A stretch of 64,000 nucleotides of DNA, taken from sequence record NC_014636.1; one strand, 5' to 3'. Below the pieces are notes generated by a model. It searched no databases and was not told the origin of the DNA. It saw only the letters and a list, made by a program, of their open reading frames with translations. The number at the start of each line of letters is the position of its first letter. The stretch's first letter is position 1. Shown here piece by piece: positions 45,169-55,244 of the stretch. Made by a program: the position numbers and the translations under genes.

Positions 45169-45519
45169 TTATTCCTCTATTGGTGTTGAGTGTTGTTCGA
45201 AGTTCGCGCCCTTATCACACGCTTTCCAAAAGCTATAAACTTCGGAAGCAAGTAACGGGCGACTCGTTCGAGTGCTAGACTTGAAAACAAACTGAACGAC
45301 ATTTACCCGTTCTAGTTGTATACCAGTTCTAGTGATTACCATGTTAATCGAATGCATATCTCGGCTTACGCGAATAAACTTTGGCAGTTCTTCGATTATC
45401 ATGATTGCGATCATCGCCATCAATATCCCACAGGCAGAGATGGCGATTACATCAAAAACATTTAAGTTAGATCCCATAACACTCCTTGAAAATCTCGACG
45501 TTAGCGTTAACAAAGGCAA
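45169..45519 (-). CDS. Single-TM membrane protein
   Basis: TM segment; start approximate. Confidence 0.65.
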   Translation of the reverse strand: MPLLTLTSRFSRSVMGSNLNVFDVIAISACGILMAMIAIMIIEELPKFIRVSRDMHSINMVITRTGIQLERVNVVQFVFKSSTRTSRPLLASEVYSFWKACDKGANFEQHSTPIEE

Positions 45520-45829
45520 TCACTTTATCACATGCCAGTTCCAAGGATTTCTGCTTGCGAAGAACTGGGAATTTCACACCGGATTTCCACTTGCAGTCAC
45601 CACACAGCGCGGTAAATTTGTCGTCACCGTCGTGAAGCATGAAATGCGCCCAACGAGCGTTGAAGTATTCAACATCAGAACAACCTTGCTTTGCACCGAC
45701 CATGATGATCTCTACGGTATATTCACCGACAGATTTCAGACTGCGAACACGGACATATTCTGCAACTCGGGAGTCGATACGCGGCTTGATGTATTCTACC
45801 AGAGCTTGCATCTTTTCTTGATTAGTCAT
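45467..45829 (-). CDS. Hypothetical protein
   Basis: Start moved to MTNQEK (GAGGAG SD). Confidence 0.75.
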   Translation of the reverse strand: MTNQEKMQALVEYIKPRIDSRVAEYVRVRSLKSVGEYTVEIIMVGAKQGCSDVEYFNARWAHFMLHDGDDKFTALCGDCKWKSGVKFPVLRKQKSLELACDKVIAFVNANVEIFKECYGI

Positions 45830-45839
45830 GACTATCTCC

Positions 45840-46067
45840 TCATGCAGCTTTCTTCGGGTTGTTGTAAACGTAGACTTTACGACGCTGAACTTTGCCAGCG
45901 AACTGTGCTTCCAGCTTCGCGGAAACTTGCTCACGCACCATGTCAACGGTCTTGTCAATCCAGCGACCGATAGTACGCGGAGAAACATTCAGTTCACGGG
46001 CGACTTGAGCTTTGGTCTTTTTAGAAGCAGTTACAGCGAAGTAGGCTTTGATTTCGACGTTGTTCAT
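45840..46067 (-). CDS. Helix-turn-helix DNA-binding protein
   Basis: TKAQVARELNVSPRTIGRWI; start moved to MNNVEI. Confidence 0.85.
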   Translation of the reverse strand: MNNVEIKAYFAVTASKKTKAQVARELNVSPRTIGRWIDKTVDMVREQVSAKLEAQFAGKVQRRKVYVYNNPKKAA

Positions 46068-46114
46068 GATGTATTCCTCAGTTTCGTTAGAAGTTGTTTT
46101 GTTTCGATGTGGAC

Positions 46115-46143
46115 ATATTATCATGTCCACACATTGAGTCAAG
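46115..46143 (-). promoter_or_regulatory. Early promoter with 9-bp inverted repeat
   Basis: CTTGAC-N17-TAATAT; TGTGGACAT/ATGTCCACA arms. Confidence 0.8.
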
Positions 46144-46145
46144 CA

Positions 46146-46436
46146 TTATTTTTGAGATTTTTTGATTTCGTTCCAAACTTCTTTTTGCAGACGATCACGA
46201 CAACCATTGCGATTCATCAGATAGTCATTGGTCAACTTTTGTTGAGCGTTGAACCAGTGAATCACGGCTTCATGCAAAACGGCACGCTGTTCTTCTGAAC
46301 TCAGGGCAACGAAACGCTCTTTGCCGAAGTATTCAATGCGACTCAGAACACCGTCAGTCATACGCTTGACAGCTTCGGCGTTTACGTTGAATTGTTTTGC
46401 GAGTTCGTCAAACTTAGCTTGGATTTCCATGTTCAT
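46146..46436 (-). CDS. Hypothetical early protein
   Basis: Start moved to MNMEIQ. Confidence 0.75.
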   Translation of the reverse strand: MNMEIQAKFDELAKQFNVNAEAVKRMTDGVLSRIEYFGKERFVALSSEEQRAVLHEAVIHWFNAQQKLTNDYLMNRNGCRDRLQKEVWNEIKKSQK

Positions 46437-46468
46437 GATGTAGTTCTCTTGTTTGTTTCGATGTGGAC

Positions 46469-46521
46469 ATCTTATCAGGTTGAAATGCGTTGTCAACAAA
46501 AAAGGCACCCGAAGGTGCCTT
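46469..46521 (-). promoter_or_regulatory. Terminator-promoter cassette
   Basis: AAGGCACC-TTCG-GGTGCCTT (46502-46521), T-run, then GTTGAC-N17-TAAGAT. Confidence 0.85.
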
Positions 46522-46524
46522 TTA

Positions 46525-49500
46525 TTACTTACAAGCGATGGACAAGAATTTCTCCAAGTCTTTACCCTTGATTTTCTTACACATAGAATACCGATTGTAC
46601 TCGGTACGAGTAGCCGGCACGTAAACGGTAACGTGTGAATCGTCGCCGTATTCAAGCTCAACGCCAGTTGCTGGATTGAACTCTTTTGGATCAACATACT
46701 CAATCACACCGTTTTTACGCATCGGGATCATACCGTCATAGAAAGTATAAATCGCGTAGTCTTTGACGCTTGCGCGTTTTGCTTCTGTCAGCATTTCTCC
46801 AAACTTCATCCGGTTACTTTCAACCAGACTACCTTTCATTTTTGATTGATGCTCTTTGTACTTGCTGAACGTGTTAAGCTCAACCTCATAGCATTTCAGC
46901 ACCTTGATTTGTTTCTTAGGATCGAACACCGCCCATTCCGGAGATCTAACGCCGTGATGATCAGTTGGGTTCGGAACACCAGCAGAACGATAGTCCTTAC
47001 GACGCTCGCCAAGAATAGATTCCATTTCGAATACATAGCCACGTGTGCCAGAATGACGGCCATAACCTTCGTTACTCACGTATTGTAGGATCTTGTCAAT
47101 CTTGTTACTGAAATACAATCCATCACCAAGCATACGACCAACAACAGATTTATCCTTACTTGGAATAATCTTGAATCCATAGCGAAGAACCATGTTAGCA
47201 GCAATACCGCCTGTTCCGTGGAAACATGGCACAATTTGCTCCAGTTTTCCTTCCGCTTCTTGTTGCTTCAAGAACTCGTTATACTCTGGATAAGTCATAT
47301 TAACAGTAAATGATTTATGAATCAACGGATAAGTGTTACCGTGTTTACCAGCGTAATAATTATCAACCAGATGCTTGCCAATCAAATATTTCTGTTCATC
47401 GGTGATGTTATCATCGACAACAGCAGGAGGAGGAACAACAACGTTTGTATCCGCAGCGGCTTCAACGCGAGCGATATAATCACTGAACGTTTCGCCTTTC
47501 TTGGCGCGTATTTTTGCCGATTTAACCAGTTCATCTGGATCAATCTCGTTAAACTCAAACATCTTTTTAACGCGAGCCATATTTGGCGTATCAAACATGT
47601 TGATTGGACCGCCGTGAACTTGCTTGTAAATGAAGTTAATACCAGTCAAAGTAGTCCGAACTTTACCCTTGTAATAGTCGTCCATGTTTTCATAGAAAGC
47701 ATTGGCAACCGCTGGATTAGCTTTCATACCGTTAAACATGATATCAACCAATGTTTGCTGTGCTTTCGCTTTATCATCACGACGACGAATGCCCATCAGA
47801 TTTTCTTTGTTCATGAACTTAAAGCCGTGTGCAACTTCAAGACGCATAAACTCAGCCGCGGATTCATCGTCAAAATCAATCTTGTTGACGAAATCATAAG
47901 CGAAATCACCAATATAACTGGATTCCATATCATTGCCCAACTTAGCATAAGACATCAGCAACAGCGGAACTCTAACGTGTGGATCGCATTGTCCAGAACG
48001 ACTAACAAATCGTCTCAGTCCGTCTTTAGTCTTGATGTTAGTCAGCAAATAAGAAATGCGATTCTTCAATTCATTTCCGGTTGCGGATTCAAGATAAGCT
48101 GGCATAAGCTGCATTGCCTGATAAACTTCGGCAGGATTATCGATCTTCTGAATAATCATGTCTCGAACTTCATTTGCAACTTCCGGGAACTTTTCCATTG
48201 AACGTTTCAGAGCTTCAATCGGCAAATTATCACCAACCAACTTAGCATAGCGAATCATTGCTTTAGCAAGGGTAGCAATCGCAATAGAAGGCAGAATACG
48301 CAATGGAGTATAAACCATCTGCGCCGGACTAGAATTCATAACTTGTTTAACTTCGTAAACGAATTCTTTATCCTCAAGATAATTCTTCTTGGTCCAATAT
48401 TCTTCGATGAAACTGAAATTGGCGTTGGTGATATAATCACGTGCCATATAACGGATCATATTCATATATTGATGAACCGGCTTTGTTCCAGCTCCCCATG
48501 TCGGTAGACTAGGGATCGTCGGATAAATGCTCGCACATTCTTTATTGAAGATATTCACCATAGTAGTAATGGCTTTTGTTCCAATAAACACGTCCGATTC
48601 GGAGCCAAACAGAGGATTTAACTTCATATCCACACCTTGCTGAGACATCAGAGAAGTTGTGGCGGAAATAAAAGTAACTTCCAATCCGTCTACCATTGCA
48701 ATTCGGCGCTCGTCTGGTGCGTTGTCCAGTCTAATCGCTAGTGTGATAACCATGTCAGTTGTCATGCCAAAAGACAACGCTTCCATTTTGCTACCAAGTG
48801 CCGATCCGAACAACTCATACATGATATCATCGGCACTAAAGCCAAACAACCAGGATTTGTTATCTACTTTGCTACCAGCGATAGCATATAGGACGGTATA
48901 TAGTTCAATTGCGCCAGTAAACGGATTATTCTCTCCGTATACGCCATAACGCTTATACAGATTAATGAAATCGGAACGATTCTTAATGAAGAATGTGTCC
49001 TCGTTCATCTTGTAATTGGTTACATCGAAACTGATATTGTCAATTGAACTTGAATGCAACTTAAATTGACGACCGTATCCAGCTAGTTTTGTGATAACGT
49101 CGGTGAAGCGTTCGCGATATCGGATAAACATTTCTTCCTGTACTGGGTCTACCAATTCGAATTCGAATCCGGTTGGCCAGAAGTCGGAGCCGGAAGTGTA
49201 TGTGTTCGGGTCAAGTGTATTCATTCCAGAAATACCGGATTTATTCTCCGCAATATGCTGACCAACGATAGACAATACAGCATCAGCAAAACCACCTTCG
49301 TGATCATAAGTCAGATAACCGGGCTTGACAGGTTCAGCAACGGGCTCTGGCGCAACAGGAGCATCACCAACAACGTCGATAACAGCGTTGGTATCATCAC
49401 CAGTTGTAGTTTGTGGAATCGCGGTATCGTTATCCTGTGAGTCACCAGCACCAGTACCGGTAGTAACAGTGTCCATATTCTTGAATCGAATGCGGCGACT

Positions 49501-50076
49501 GACATCCCAATAATCTGTAGAGATCTCGGTATGTTTGTTGCGTTGACGGCGCATTTCCTTTGACGCATCAATCATGGAAATTGCACTGTTTTTGAATTTT
49601 AGTAGAACGTCACGCAGTTTTGGATCTGCTTTCATGATTGCGCTGTTTTTGATGTTCGCAACCCAGGCACGGACAATATCGTCATCAACTGTATTAACCA
49701 CGCCTGATTTACACAGAACAAGGAAACGGGTCATTTCGTTTACCTTGGCAGAGTTGATAAACATATCTTTATCATGCATCAGCTTAACGATCAGTGAAAT
49801 ATTGTGATTTCGGTCATCGATGTTACTGATTCTCAACTGGGCATCAGTCTTGAAATAACGCTGGATGAATTTGATAGTGGTCTGATCGTTGATCTGTCTA
49901 GCAGCATTGAAGCTACCCAGGATACCAAGGAAGTTAAATGCAAATGCATTAATGATAGAAGTTTCATCATTAACGAATGTAACTTTGGTATCTTTGTCGT
50001 ATAAAGTATTTTCAGTCAGAAAACGATTATACGCATGATCGTTTTGACTTTCGAATAATTGTTTAGTTGTTAACAT
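46525..50076 (-). CDS. Large PARP-like (H-Y-E) ADP-ribosyltransferase, probably late-expressed and virion-associated
   Basis: C-terminal CFHGTG ... GRMLGDGLYFS ... SPEWAVFD; start moved to MLTTKQ (GAGG SD); CTAAATA upstream. Confidence 0.85.
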   Translation of the reverse strand: MLTTKQLFESQNDHAYNRFLTENTLYDKDTKVTFVNDETSIINAFAFNFLGILGSFNAARQINDQTTIKFIQRYFKTDAQLRISNIDDRNHNISLIVKLMHDKDMFINSAKVNEMTRFLVLCKSGVVNTVDDDIVRAWVANIKNSAIMKADPKLRDVLLKFKNSAISMIDASKEMRRQRNKHTEISTDYWDVSRRIRFKNMDTVTTGTGAGDSQDNDTAIPQTTTGDDTNAVIDVVGDAPVAPEPVAEPVKPGYLTYDHEGGFADAVLSIVGQHIAENKSGISGMNTLDPNTYTSGSDFWPTGFEFELVDPVQEEMFIRYRERFTDVITKLAGYGRQFKLHSSSIDNISFDVTNYKMNEDTFFIKNRSDFINLYKRYGVYGENNPFTGAIELYTVLYAIAGSKVDNKSWLFGFSADDIMYELFGSALGSKMEALSFGMTTDMVITLAIRLDNAPDERRIAMVDGLEVTFISATTSLMSQQGVDMKLNPLFGSESDVFIGTKAITTMVNIFNKECASIYPTIPSLPTWGAGTKPVHQYMNMIRYMARDYITNANFSFIEEYWTKKNYLEDKEFVYEVKQVMNSSPAQMVYTPLRILPSIAIATLAKAMIRYAKLVGDNLPIEALKRSMEKFPEVANEVRDMIIQKIDNPAEVYQAMQLMPAYLESATGNELKNRISYLLTNIKTKDGLRRFVSRSGQCDPHVRVPLLLMSYAKLGNDMESSYIGDFAYDFVNKIDFDDESAAEFMRLEVAHGFKFMNKENLMGIRRRDDKAKAQQTLVDIMFNGMKANPAVANAFYENMDDYYKGKVRTTLTGINFIYKQVHGGPINMFDTPNMARVKKMFEFNEIDPDELVKSAKIRAKKGETFSDYIARVEAAADTNVVVPPPAVVDDNITDEQKYLIGKHLVDNYYAGKHGNTYPLIHKSFTVNMTYPEYNEFLKQQEAEGKLEQIVPCFHGTGGIAANMVLRYGFKIIPSKDKSVVGRMLGDGLYFSNKIDKILQYVSNEGYGRHSGTRGYVFEMESILGERRKDYRSAGVPNPTDHHGVRSPEWAVFDPKKQIKVLKCYEVELNTFSKYKEHQSKMKGSLVESNRMKFGEMLTEAKRASVKDYAIYTFYDGMIPMRKNGVIEYVDPKEFNPATGVELEYGDDSHVTVYVPATRTEYNRYSMCKKIKGKDLEKFLSIACK

Positions 50077-50107
50077 TTTGTTCCTCATTAGTGAACTGAT
50101 ATACGAT

Positions 50108-50114
50108 TATTTAG
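50108..50114 (-). promoter_or_regulatory. Late promoter (CTAAATA)
   Basis: 32 nt upstream of PARP-like start. Confidence 0.75.
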
Positions 50115-50120
50115 TGGAAC

Positions 50121-50239
50121 ACCGCGAGCGAAGCGAGCTAGAAAGACAAAATAAAATCTCTTATAATACTTTAATGAGAATCTACTTTGTCTTTTCGTTA
50201 GATATCAATGAGTTAGCGCCTACGGCGCTATCTTCGATT
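50121..50239. repeat. 119-bp structured dispersed repeat, copy 2
   Basis: Similar to 10393-10511; terminal hairpin GCGCC-TAC-GGCGC (compensatory change). Confidence 0.9.
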
Positions 50240-51119
50240 CGCTAGATTGTTCATTATTTATACCGAGTACCTGTTCCATGAACTTATCCGATATGCTATT
50301 GATCAGATCTGGTCGCTTGATGTTCTCATGAAGCCAAGGATCAAAATCGCCGCTATGGTGTAACACTGAATAAGCACCAATCATTGAGCCATAGATACTC
50401 GCAACGGTATCGCTATCATAGCCGAGATTCGCTATGTAAAAGATCCCGTTCTGCTTCTTATCAAAGAGCATAAACGTTCTCCAAGCGATGGTGAGCGAAT
50501 CCTTGACATACCCCGTAGGCTTGCAGTCTGCATTATCAAAGAACAAGCCAAACTCATTCTGGAGCTGTTCCTTGCTCGCTCCGTCGATGATTCGATGCAT
50601 GATACGAACATACAGCAGAGAATACTCCACGACGAACTCGATAGGATGCGTAATCTCGGTCAGTTCTCGCACAACACTTTCGATCTCTTCTTTGCTTTTC
50701 CCATACGTCGCAAACGCAACAGGATAGAATCGCATAAGTGCACCATTACCGCAACCTTTGCTCGCGTCTGTGATTGGCTTGTCCCGCATTATAGCGTTGT
50801 ATGTGCTAGTACCAATATCGAAGCATTCACCAGTTGACGAAAACGCACCACGATTGACCCAGCGACGGATATCACGCTTAATTCCAGCGATGTCGAATTT
50901 GCCATCCTGATAATTGTTCATCGTGATTAGTGCGCAAGTCGTATCATCGGTAAAGTAACCGTAATCGTGATCAAAGCTGTTTTTCTCTGCTTTCAGCGTC
51001 TCGATGTCAATTCGGCGAATCTTCTTGCCGGTATTGAACTCGTTGAAGCTACCAACACAATCACCTATGATTGCTGCACTAGATGATTGAATCATCATAA
51101 GATTTAAGATAAAGTTCAT
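50220..51119 (-). CDS. ADP-ribosylglycohydrolase (DraG/ARH family)
   Basis: IIGDCVG, TDDT, CFDIGTST, GNGALMR, TH, DSDTVASIYGSMIGA; start moved to MNFILN (GGAG SD). Confidence 0.93.
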   Translation of the reverse strand: MNFILNLMMIQSSSAAIIGDCVGSFNEFNTGKKIRRIDIETLKAEKNSFDHDYGYFTDDTTCALITMNNYQDGKFDIAGIKRDIRRWVNRGAFSSTGECFDIGTSTYNAIMRDKPITDASKGCGNGALMRFYPVAFATYGKSKEEIESVVRELTEITHPIEFVVEYSLLYVRIMHRIIDGASKEQLQNEFGLFFDNADCKPTGYVKDSLTIAWRTFMLFDKKQNGIFYIANLGYDSDTVASIYGSMIGAYSVLHHSGDFDPWLHENIKRPDLINSISDKFMEQVLGINNEQSSESKIAP

Positions 51120-51133
51120 ATTTCTCCAATAAA

Positions 51134-51156
51134 AAAGCCACTCATTGAGTGGCTTT
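51134..51156 (-). terminator. Terminator
   Basis: AAAGCCACTC-AAT-GAGTGGCTTT + T-run. Confidence 0.8.
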
Positions 51157-51180
51157 AGTTTACTATATATCACTTTTATG

Positions 51181-51795
51181 TCAAGCGATATGTTTCAGAT
51201 TTTGTTCCATGTAGTTGTTCACATACACGATATCACCACAAACTTTCTGGAGTTGATAGTTGTTCTGTTCAGTTTTTACACTGTGGAACATAGTCTCAAC
51301 GAACGGCTTTCCATCACGCGGGCTGTTGAAGCTGACCAGGATGAATTCACGCTTGGTTTCGTCAGGATCGCCGCTAGTGGCGACAACGTTACCAAATCGA
51401 CCGCTGTTTTTGTGGATCTCGAAGATATCACCATCCAGCAGCGGACGACCACGAATGTAACCTTCTTCCAGCACAACGCGACGACGATAGGAATAGAAAC
51501 CACCACGCTTGACCCAGCCCAGTTGACCAGCTTCGATGCTATCGTTTTTGATCTCGAAAGTAACTTTATTTACAGTCGTGATCAGTACGCGACCATTTAC
51601 GATTCGCATGGAAGCGCGAAGATCGCTGGTTTCCAGATTGTAAACGGGCTCAACTGCGGTACCGTTGCGCTCGATATTCAGCAGAACATAAGACTTATCG
51701 CCGATCGGCAGTGTATCACCAGGGCGCATGTCGACCAGACGTTGATATTCTTCGCTAACACGAGGCAGTTTGATTTGACTTACATTGTAGTACAT
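51181..51795 (-). CDS. Hypothetical protein
   Basis: AAGGA SD. Confidence 0.75.
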   Translation of the reverse strand: MYYNVSQIKLPRVSEEYQRLVDMRPGDTLPIGDKSYVLLNIERNGTAVEPVYNLETSDLRASMRIVNGRVLITTVNKVTFEIKNDSIEAGQLGWVKRGGFYSYRRRVVLEEGYIRGRPLLDGDIFEIHKNSGRFGNVVATSGDPDETKREFILVSFNSPRDGKPFVETMFHSVKTEQNNYQLQKVCGDIVYVNNYMEQNLKHIA

Positions 51796-51804
51796 AATTT
51801 ATCC

Positions 51805-52002
51805 TTACAGAGTGATTTGTTGAATACGGTCTTCGTATACTTTGATCTTGCTGCGGAACAAATCCATGTTTTCATCATGTTCCATGATTACTGCTTGTGC
51901 CAGTGCGCGTTGTGCGAAAGCGTGAGACTCGATCAAAACGTCTTTTTCGTCTTTGAATCCACGTTTAGCTCGCATTGCTTTCAGTTCGGCAGTAGTTTTC
52001 AT
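51805..52002 (-). CDS. Hypothetical early protein
   Basis: GAGG SD. Confidence 0.8.
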   Translation of the reverse strand: MKTTAELKAMRAKRGFKDEKDVLIESHAFAQRALAQAVIMEHDENMDLFRSKIKVYEDRIQQITL

Positions 52003-52030
52003 GATTTGTTCCTCAGTTCGTTTGATGAGG

Positions 52031-52339
52031 CTATACTAACAGGTCAGTTTTTGATGTCAACTCTTTTTTCGGAATTATTTTCACGAAAATTTTCATTGAA
52101 AGTTGGGACCCTTCATAACTGAACTCTTCTACCATACCGGACTCTTGTGTTTGCGTGAGTTCTGGACATAGCTTAGTGAATAGCCAATAAGTATCTCGCT
52201 TGAACTGCTTGAACCCTTCGGTTTCGCGAATTTTGGCAGACTTGTTCTTTCCGTAGAAGTCGTTCAACACCCGCAGAATGTAAGCGAATCGATTTACCAA
52301 AACTGGATGTTTTAGATAGTGCTTAGTTTCAAAATGCAT
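52031..52339 (-). CDS. Hypothetical protein
   Basis: GGAG SD. Confidence 0.7.
   Translation of the reverse strand: MHFETKHYLKHPVLVNRFAYILRVLNDFYGKNKSAKIRETEGFKQFKRDTYWLFTKLCPELTQTQESGMVEEFSYEGSQLSMKIFVKIIPKKELTSKTDLLV
52033..52061 (-). promoter_or_regulatory. Early promoter
   Basis: GTTGAC-N17-TAGTAT. Confidence 0.8.
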
Positions 52340-52350
52340 AGTTGCTCCAA

Positions 52351-52368
52351 AGAGGGCCGAAGCCCTCT
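52351..52368 (-). terminator. Hairpin/terminator
   Basis: AGAGGGC-TTCG-GCCCTCT-TT; same core as 24448. Confidence 0.7.
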
Positions 52369-52370
52369 TG

Positions 52371-52892
52371 TTATTCTTCCAGCCAGTCGAAGCTGTGCGC
52401 GTTCATTGCACCCTTGTCGTTCTTACGAACAAGAATGGTTTTGTTCTTGTCGTCTTTCAGAATCACGCTATCATCGGTGATCAACAGAACTTCACAAACA
52501 CCGTTTCGGTTATTCACTTGATCTCCGACTTGCAGAGGAGCACCAACACCGATACGATATGCGTTTTTCTCAACAAACAGACCGTTAGAGTTGTGCTTGG
52601 TAGTGAAACCGAGACGCTTGACATTGTTGGTGTGGATACTATAACGACCATCATCATAAATCATGGTAGCTTCAACGTCAGACATACCGCGCAGTTTCAT
52701 GGTCAGTTTCACTTTACCGCAATTGCTTTCAGCGATATACAGCGGCGCGTAACCAGACCCACCAATCGGAGCATAACGACGGAAGTTTTTGAACGTCAGA
52801 TCTTGATCCGGCAGTTCGTAAGGTTTATCGAAGTTGTTGATCTCGATTAGTTCAACCGGTATGTCCTTAATATTGCCTTCACGATAAAACAT
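52371..52892 (-). CDS. Hypothetical protein
   Basis: GGAG SD. Confidence 0.75.
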   Translation of the reverse strand: MFYREGNIKDIPVELIEINNFDKPYELPDQDLTFKNFRRYAPIGGSGYAPLYIAESNCGKVKLTMKLRGMSDVEATMIYDDGRYSIHTNNVKRLGFTTKHNSNGLFVEKNAYRIGVGAPLQVGDQVNNRNGVCEVLLITDDSVILKDDKNKTILVRKNDKGAMNAHSFDWLEE

Positions 52893-53283
52893 TTTTCAGA
52901 TTCTCCAATTTGTAATAACCAGAATTTACACGTTCTTTATACTCGGCGCGTTGTTCGCGTGTGAGTCCTTTATTCATAACGGTAACGAGTTTGTAAGGTT
53001 TCGGTTGATCTTGCATAATCAGATACTTATTCGGCTCGTTTTCCATTGGCGGGCGTCGTTCTGATTGATACAGAAACGCTTTACCAAGAATCTCACAATC
53101 AGGATCTTTCATATCGTGACTGTAAAGATACTCAATGGGAGGCGAACACAGACAAGTAATGTCGTGATCTTTCGCCATCGCCTTTACTTTTTCATAGACT
53201 TCTTTCGTTACCTCTGCATAGTCGCGAGTTACTTCACCAACTTTACAAAGATAATCTACTGGTCGAAAATTTTCAACTATCAT
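52879..53283 (-). CDS. Hypothetical protein
   Basis: GAGG SD. Confidence 0.75.
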   Translation of the reverse strand: MIVENFRPVDYLCKVGEVTRDYAEVTKEVYEKVKAMAKDHDITCLCSPPIEYLYSHDMKDPDCEILGKAFLYQSERRPPMENEPNKYLIMQDQPKPYKLVTVMNKGLTREQRAEYKERVNSGYYKLENLKNVLS

Positions 53284-53290
53284 TTGCGCC

Positions 53291-53656
53291 TCAACTGTTT
53301 ACCCAACAAGCAAAATTATCAGGGGTAAACTCCTCTGTTTTGTAGAACCATTTGATTGCCGCATCCTTACTGCGGAAACGCTTCAAATAGCTGATGTTGT
53401 CATTACCCTTTAAGTATAAAACAACATGATTCCCACTGTCAATCAGTTTTCTTTCTTTTTGTTCATCGTCAGAACGTGGAAAGTTGGATTGTTCATCCGA
53501 TAAATGACAAGCGGCGAACTTTCGATCACCGCTCTTGATTCCCCAATATTCGTCTTTTCCTAATGGGACAAATCCCAGAAATACATAGCCTTTTAACGGG
53601 GAACTCATGTAATTTATCAGATTCATCATAGGATCCGATAAACCTTTATGAATCAC
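53291..53656 (-). CDS. Conserved hypothetical phage protein
   Basis: SGDRKFAACH...L...GNDN.SY..RF. Confidence 0.75.
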   Translation of the reverse strand: MIHKGLSDPMMNLINYMSSPLKGYVFLGFVPLGKDEYWGIKSGDRKFAACHLSDEQSNFPRSDDEQKERKLIDSGNHVVLYLKGNDNISYLKRFRSKDAAIKWFYKTEEFTPDNFACWVNS

Positions 53657-54267
53657 TTTTCGTATCCGTAGAACTCAAATCCCAACAGCTTACCGACATA
53701 ATCACCAGTCAAAGACTGATACAAATGGCGCGGGGTATCGTCAGTGAACTTGCTGGCGTTAGTAACGTCGATTGACATCAGTCCTTCAAACGGCAGCGGA
53801 GATTGTTGAGTATTACCCAATGGAATATCTTTCCACACTTCATCGACGACTACGTTGATCGCTTCCTGGCCGTCTTTGCGCATAACATCGATGGTAAACG
53901 CAATATCCAGCGAATGGACGTGTTCCATCTTTTTCAGATAGGATTGTAGTGGCTCGACGCCTTTATCGAGGCAAGCGACTCCTACAACGTCCAGAACCAT
54001 GACGTTAAACATTTCACGGCCGAGATAATTGTGAATCTCGGATTGGATATCAGTCAATCGGAAATTATCACTCTCAACAACGGTAATATCACCACCATCG
54101 AGTGGAACATCACCGATTGTCTCCAAGATTTTGGCTACCAGAGTTTCTTGGGTTTCTTCGTTGTTGATGAAAAGAACGTTTTTGCCTTCTCTGGCTCGTT
54201 CTACCGCAATTTCGATAGCTTTGGTAGTCTTACCGGATGCGGCAGATCCTTTAATGCAATGAATCAC
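53653..54267 (-). CDS. P-loop NTPase (RecA-like fold)
   Basis: Walker A GSAASGKTT; VLFINNEE; MVLD Walker B-like. Confidence 0.8.
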   Translation of the reverse strand: MIHCIKGSAASGKTTKAIEIAVERAREGKNVLFINNEETQETLVAKILETIGDVPLDGGDITVVESDNFRLTDIQSEIHNYLGREMFNVMVLDVVGVACLDKGVEPLQSYLKKMEHVHSLDIAFTIDVMRKDGQEAINVVVDEVWKDIPLGNTQQSPLPFEGLMSIDVTNASKFTDDTPRHLYQSLTGDYVGKLLGFEFYGYEK

Positions 54268-54605
54268 TTTCTTTCTCCTAAGATTTCTACATCGATTCTA
54301 AACGTTTGTTTACCGTTGTTGATTCGATTTGCTTCTTTCTGCATTGAGTTGGAAACGATAGCATGATTTTTGATCACACCAGCGTCAAGCTCCGAAACGT
54401 CATGTGCTTTTACAGGCATATTGATCGTCTCAACGTGTATGGGACATTGTAGTTGATCAAATCTGGATATGTCAACCTTTATGTCGTATGTTTTTGGTTT
54501 CTTTTGCCAAAATTTCCAGTTCATAGAAAAACGGGGATTACTCCCCGCCCTCAAGAGCTTTAACACGCTTTTCAAGCTCGATGTATTTGGCATGAACAAC
54601 ATCAA
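54264..54605 (-). CDS. Hypothetical protein
   Basis: Start uncertain (possibly MNWKFW). Confidence 0.6.
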   Translation of the reverse strand: MMLFMPNTSSLKSVLKLLRAGSNPRFSMNWKFWQKKPKTYDIKVDISRFDQLQCPIHVETINMPVKAHDVSELDAGVIKNHAIVSNSMQKEANRINNGKQTFRIDVEILGERK

Positions 54606-54816
54606 TCACGCGACGCTGAATCACAATCATGATGTAAGCTACCGTGAACAGGAACAGCGGGGTGATTACCCAGGTATTGGATTGTTTATAGTAGTCATAT
54701 GCTACCGAGATTTCGGCAACACACCAACTACCGAGTACGATCATCAGCAACAGGAACCAAACGTTGTCCATTTTGAAATTCCACTTGCCATCTACTTTCA
54801 TTCGAGTATCAATCAT
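54538..54816 (-). CDS. Two-TM membrane protein
   Basis: Two hydrophobic helices + coiled tail. Confidence 0.7.
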   Translation of the reverse strand: MIDTRMKVDGKWNFKMDNVWFLLLMIVLGSWCVAEISVAYDYYKQSNTWVITPLFLFTVAYIMIVIQRRVIDVVHAKYIELEKRVKALEGGE

Positions 54817-54825
54817 TTCATTTCC

Positions 54826-55017
54826 TTATTTCACTATCAATTCAAACGGGCATGATGTAAAAACAAAATACCATGCTGCGATTGCGGCCGCTAATGGAAT
54901 TAGCATTTCGCCGCCAACTTTACCGGTAAACCCGTGTTCGACATATGAGCCCATTACGACAACAAATGACAGATACAACGAGATCAGAACGGTAATAATC
55001 CATCCGAAAACTTCCAT
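54826..55017 (-). CDS. Small two-TM membrane protein
   Basis: Hydrophobic. Confidence 0.7.
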   Translation of the reverse strand: MEVFGWIITVLISLYLSFVVVMGSYVEHGFTGKVGGEMLIPLAAAIAAWYFVFTSCPFELIVK

Positions 55018-55244
55018 TACAGAGACAGATCCTTATGAATCTGACCGAGTGCGGCCATTTCGTTGTCGTCTTTACAGTCAAACGCTGCATCCTCGATCAG
55101 TCGCATGATAACATCGTGGTGTTTTACCAGATTCATCATAACACGGCGAGCATTTTTGAATTCAGCGTCGCTCATTGCTTTCGGTTTACCTTGAATGCGC
55201 AGACCGTTACGAGCGTTGTCCGGAAGTAGTTCATTCAGAAACAT
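55017..55244 (-). CDS. Hypothetical protein
   Basis: Coupled ORF. Confidence 0.7.
   Translation of the reverse strand: MFLNELLPDNARNGLRIQGKPKAMSDAEFKNARRVMMNLVKHHDVIMRLIEDAAFDCKDDNEMAALGQIHKDLSL

Noticed and set aside
46525-50076. Annotating the large ART as T4 Alt
   Set aside because: Catalytic motifs are H-Y-E (PARP class), not R-S-E; analogy is functional only.
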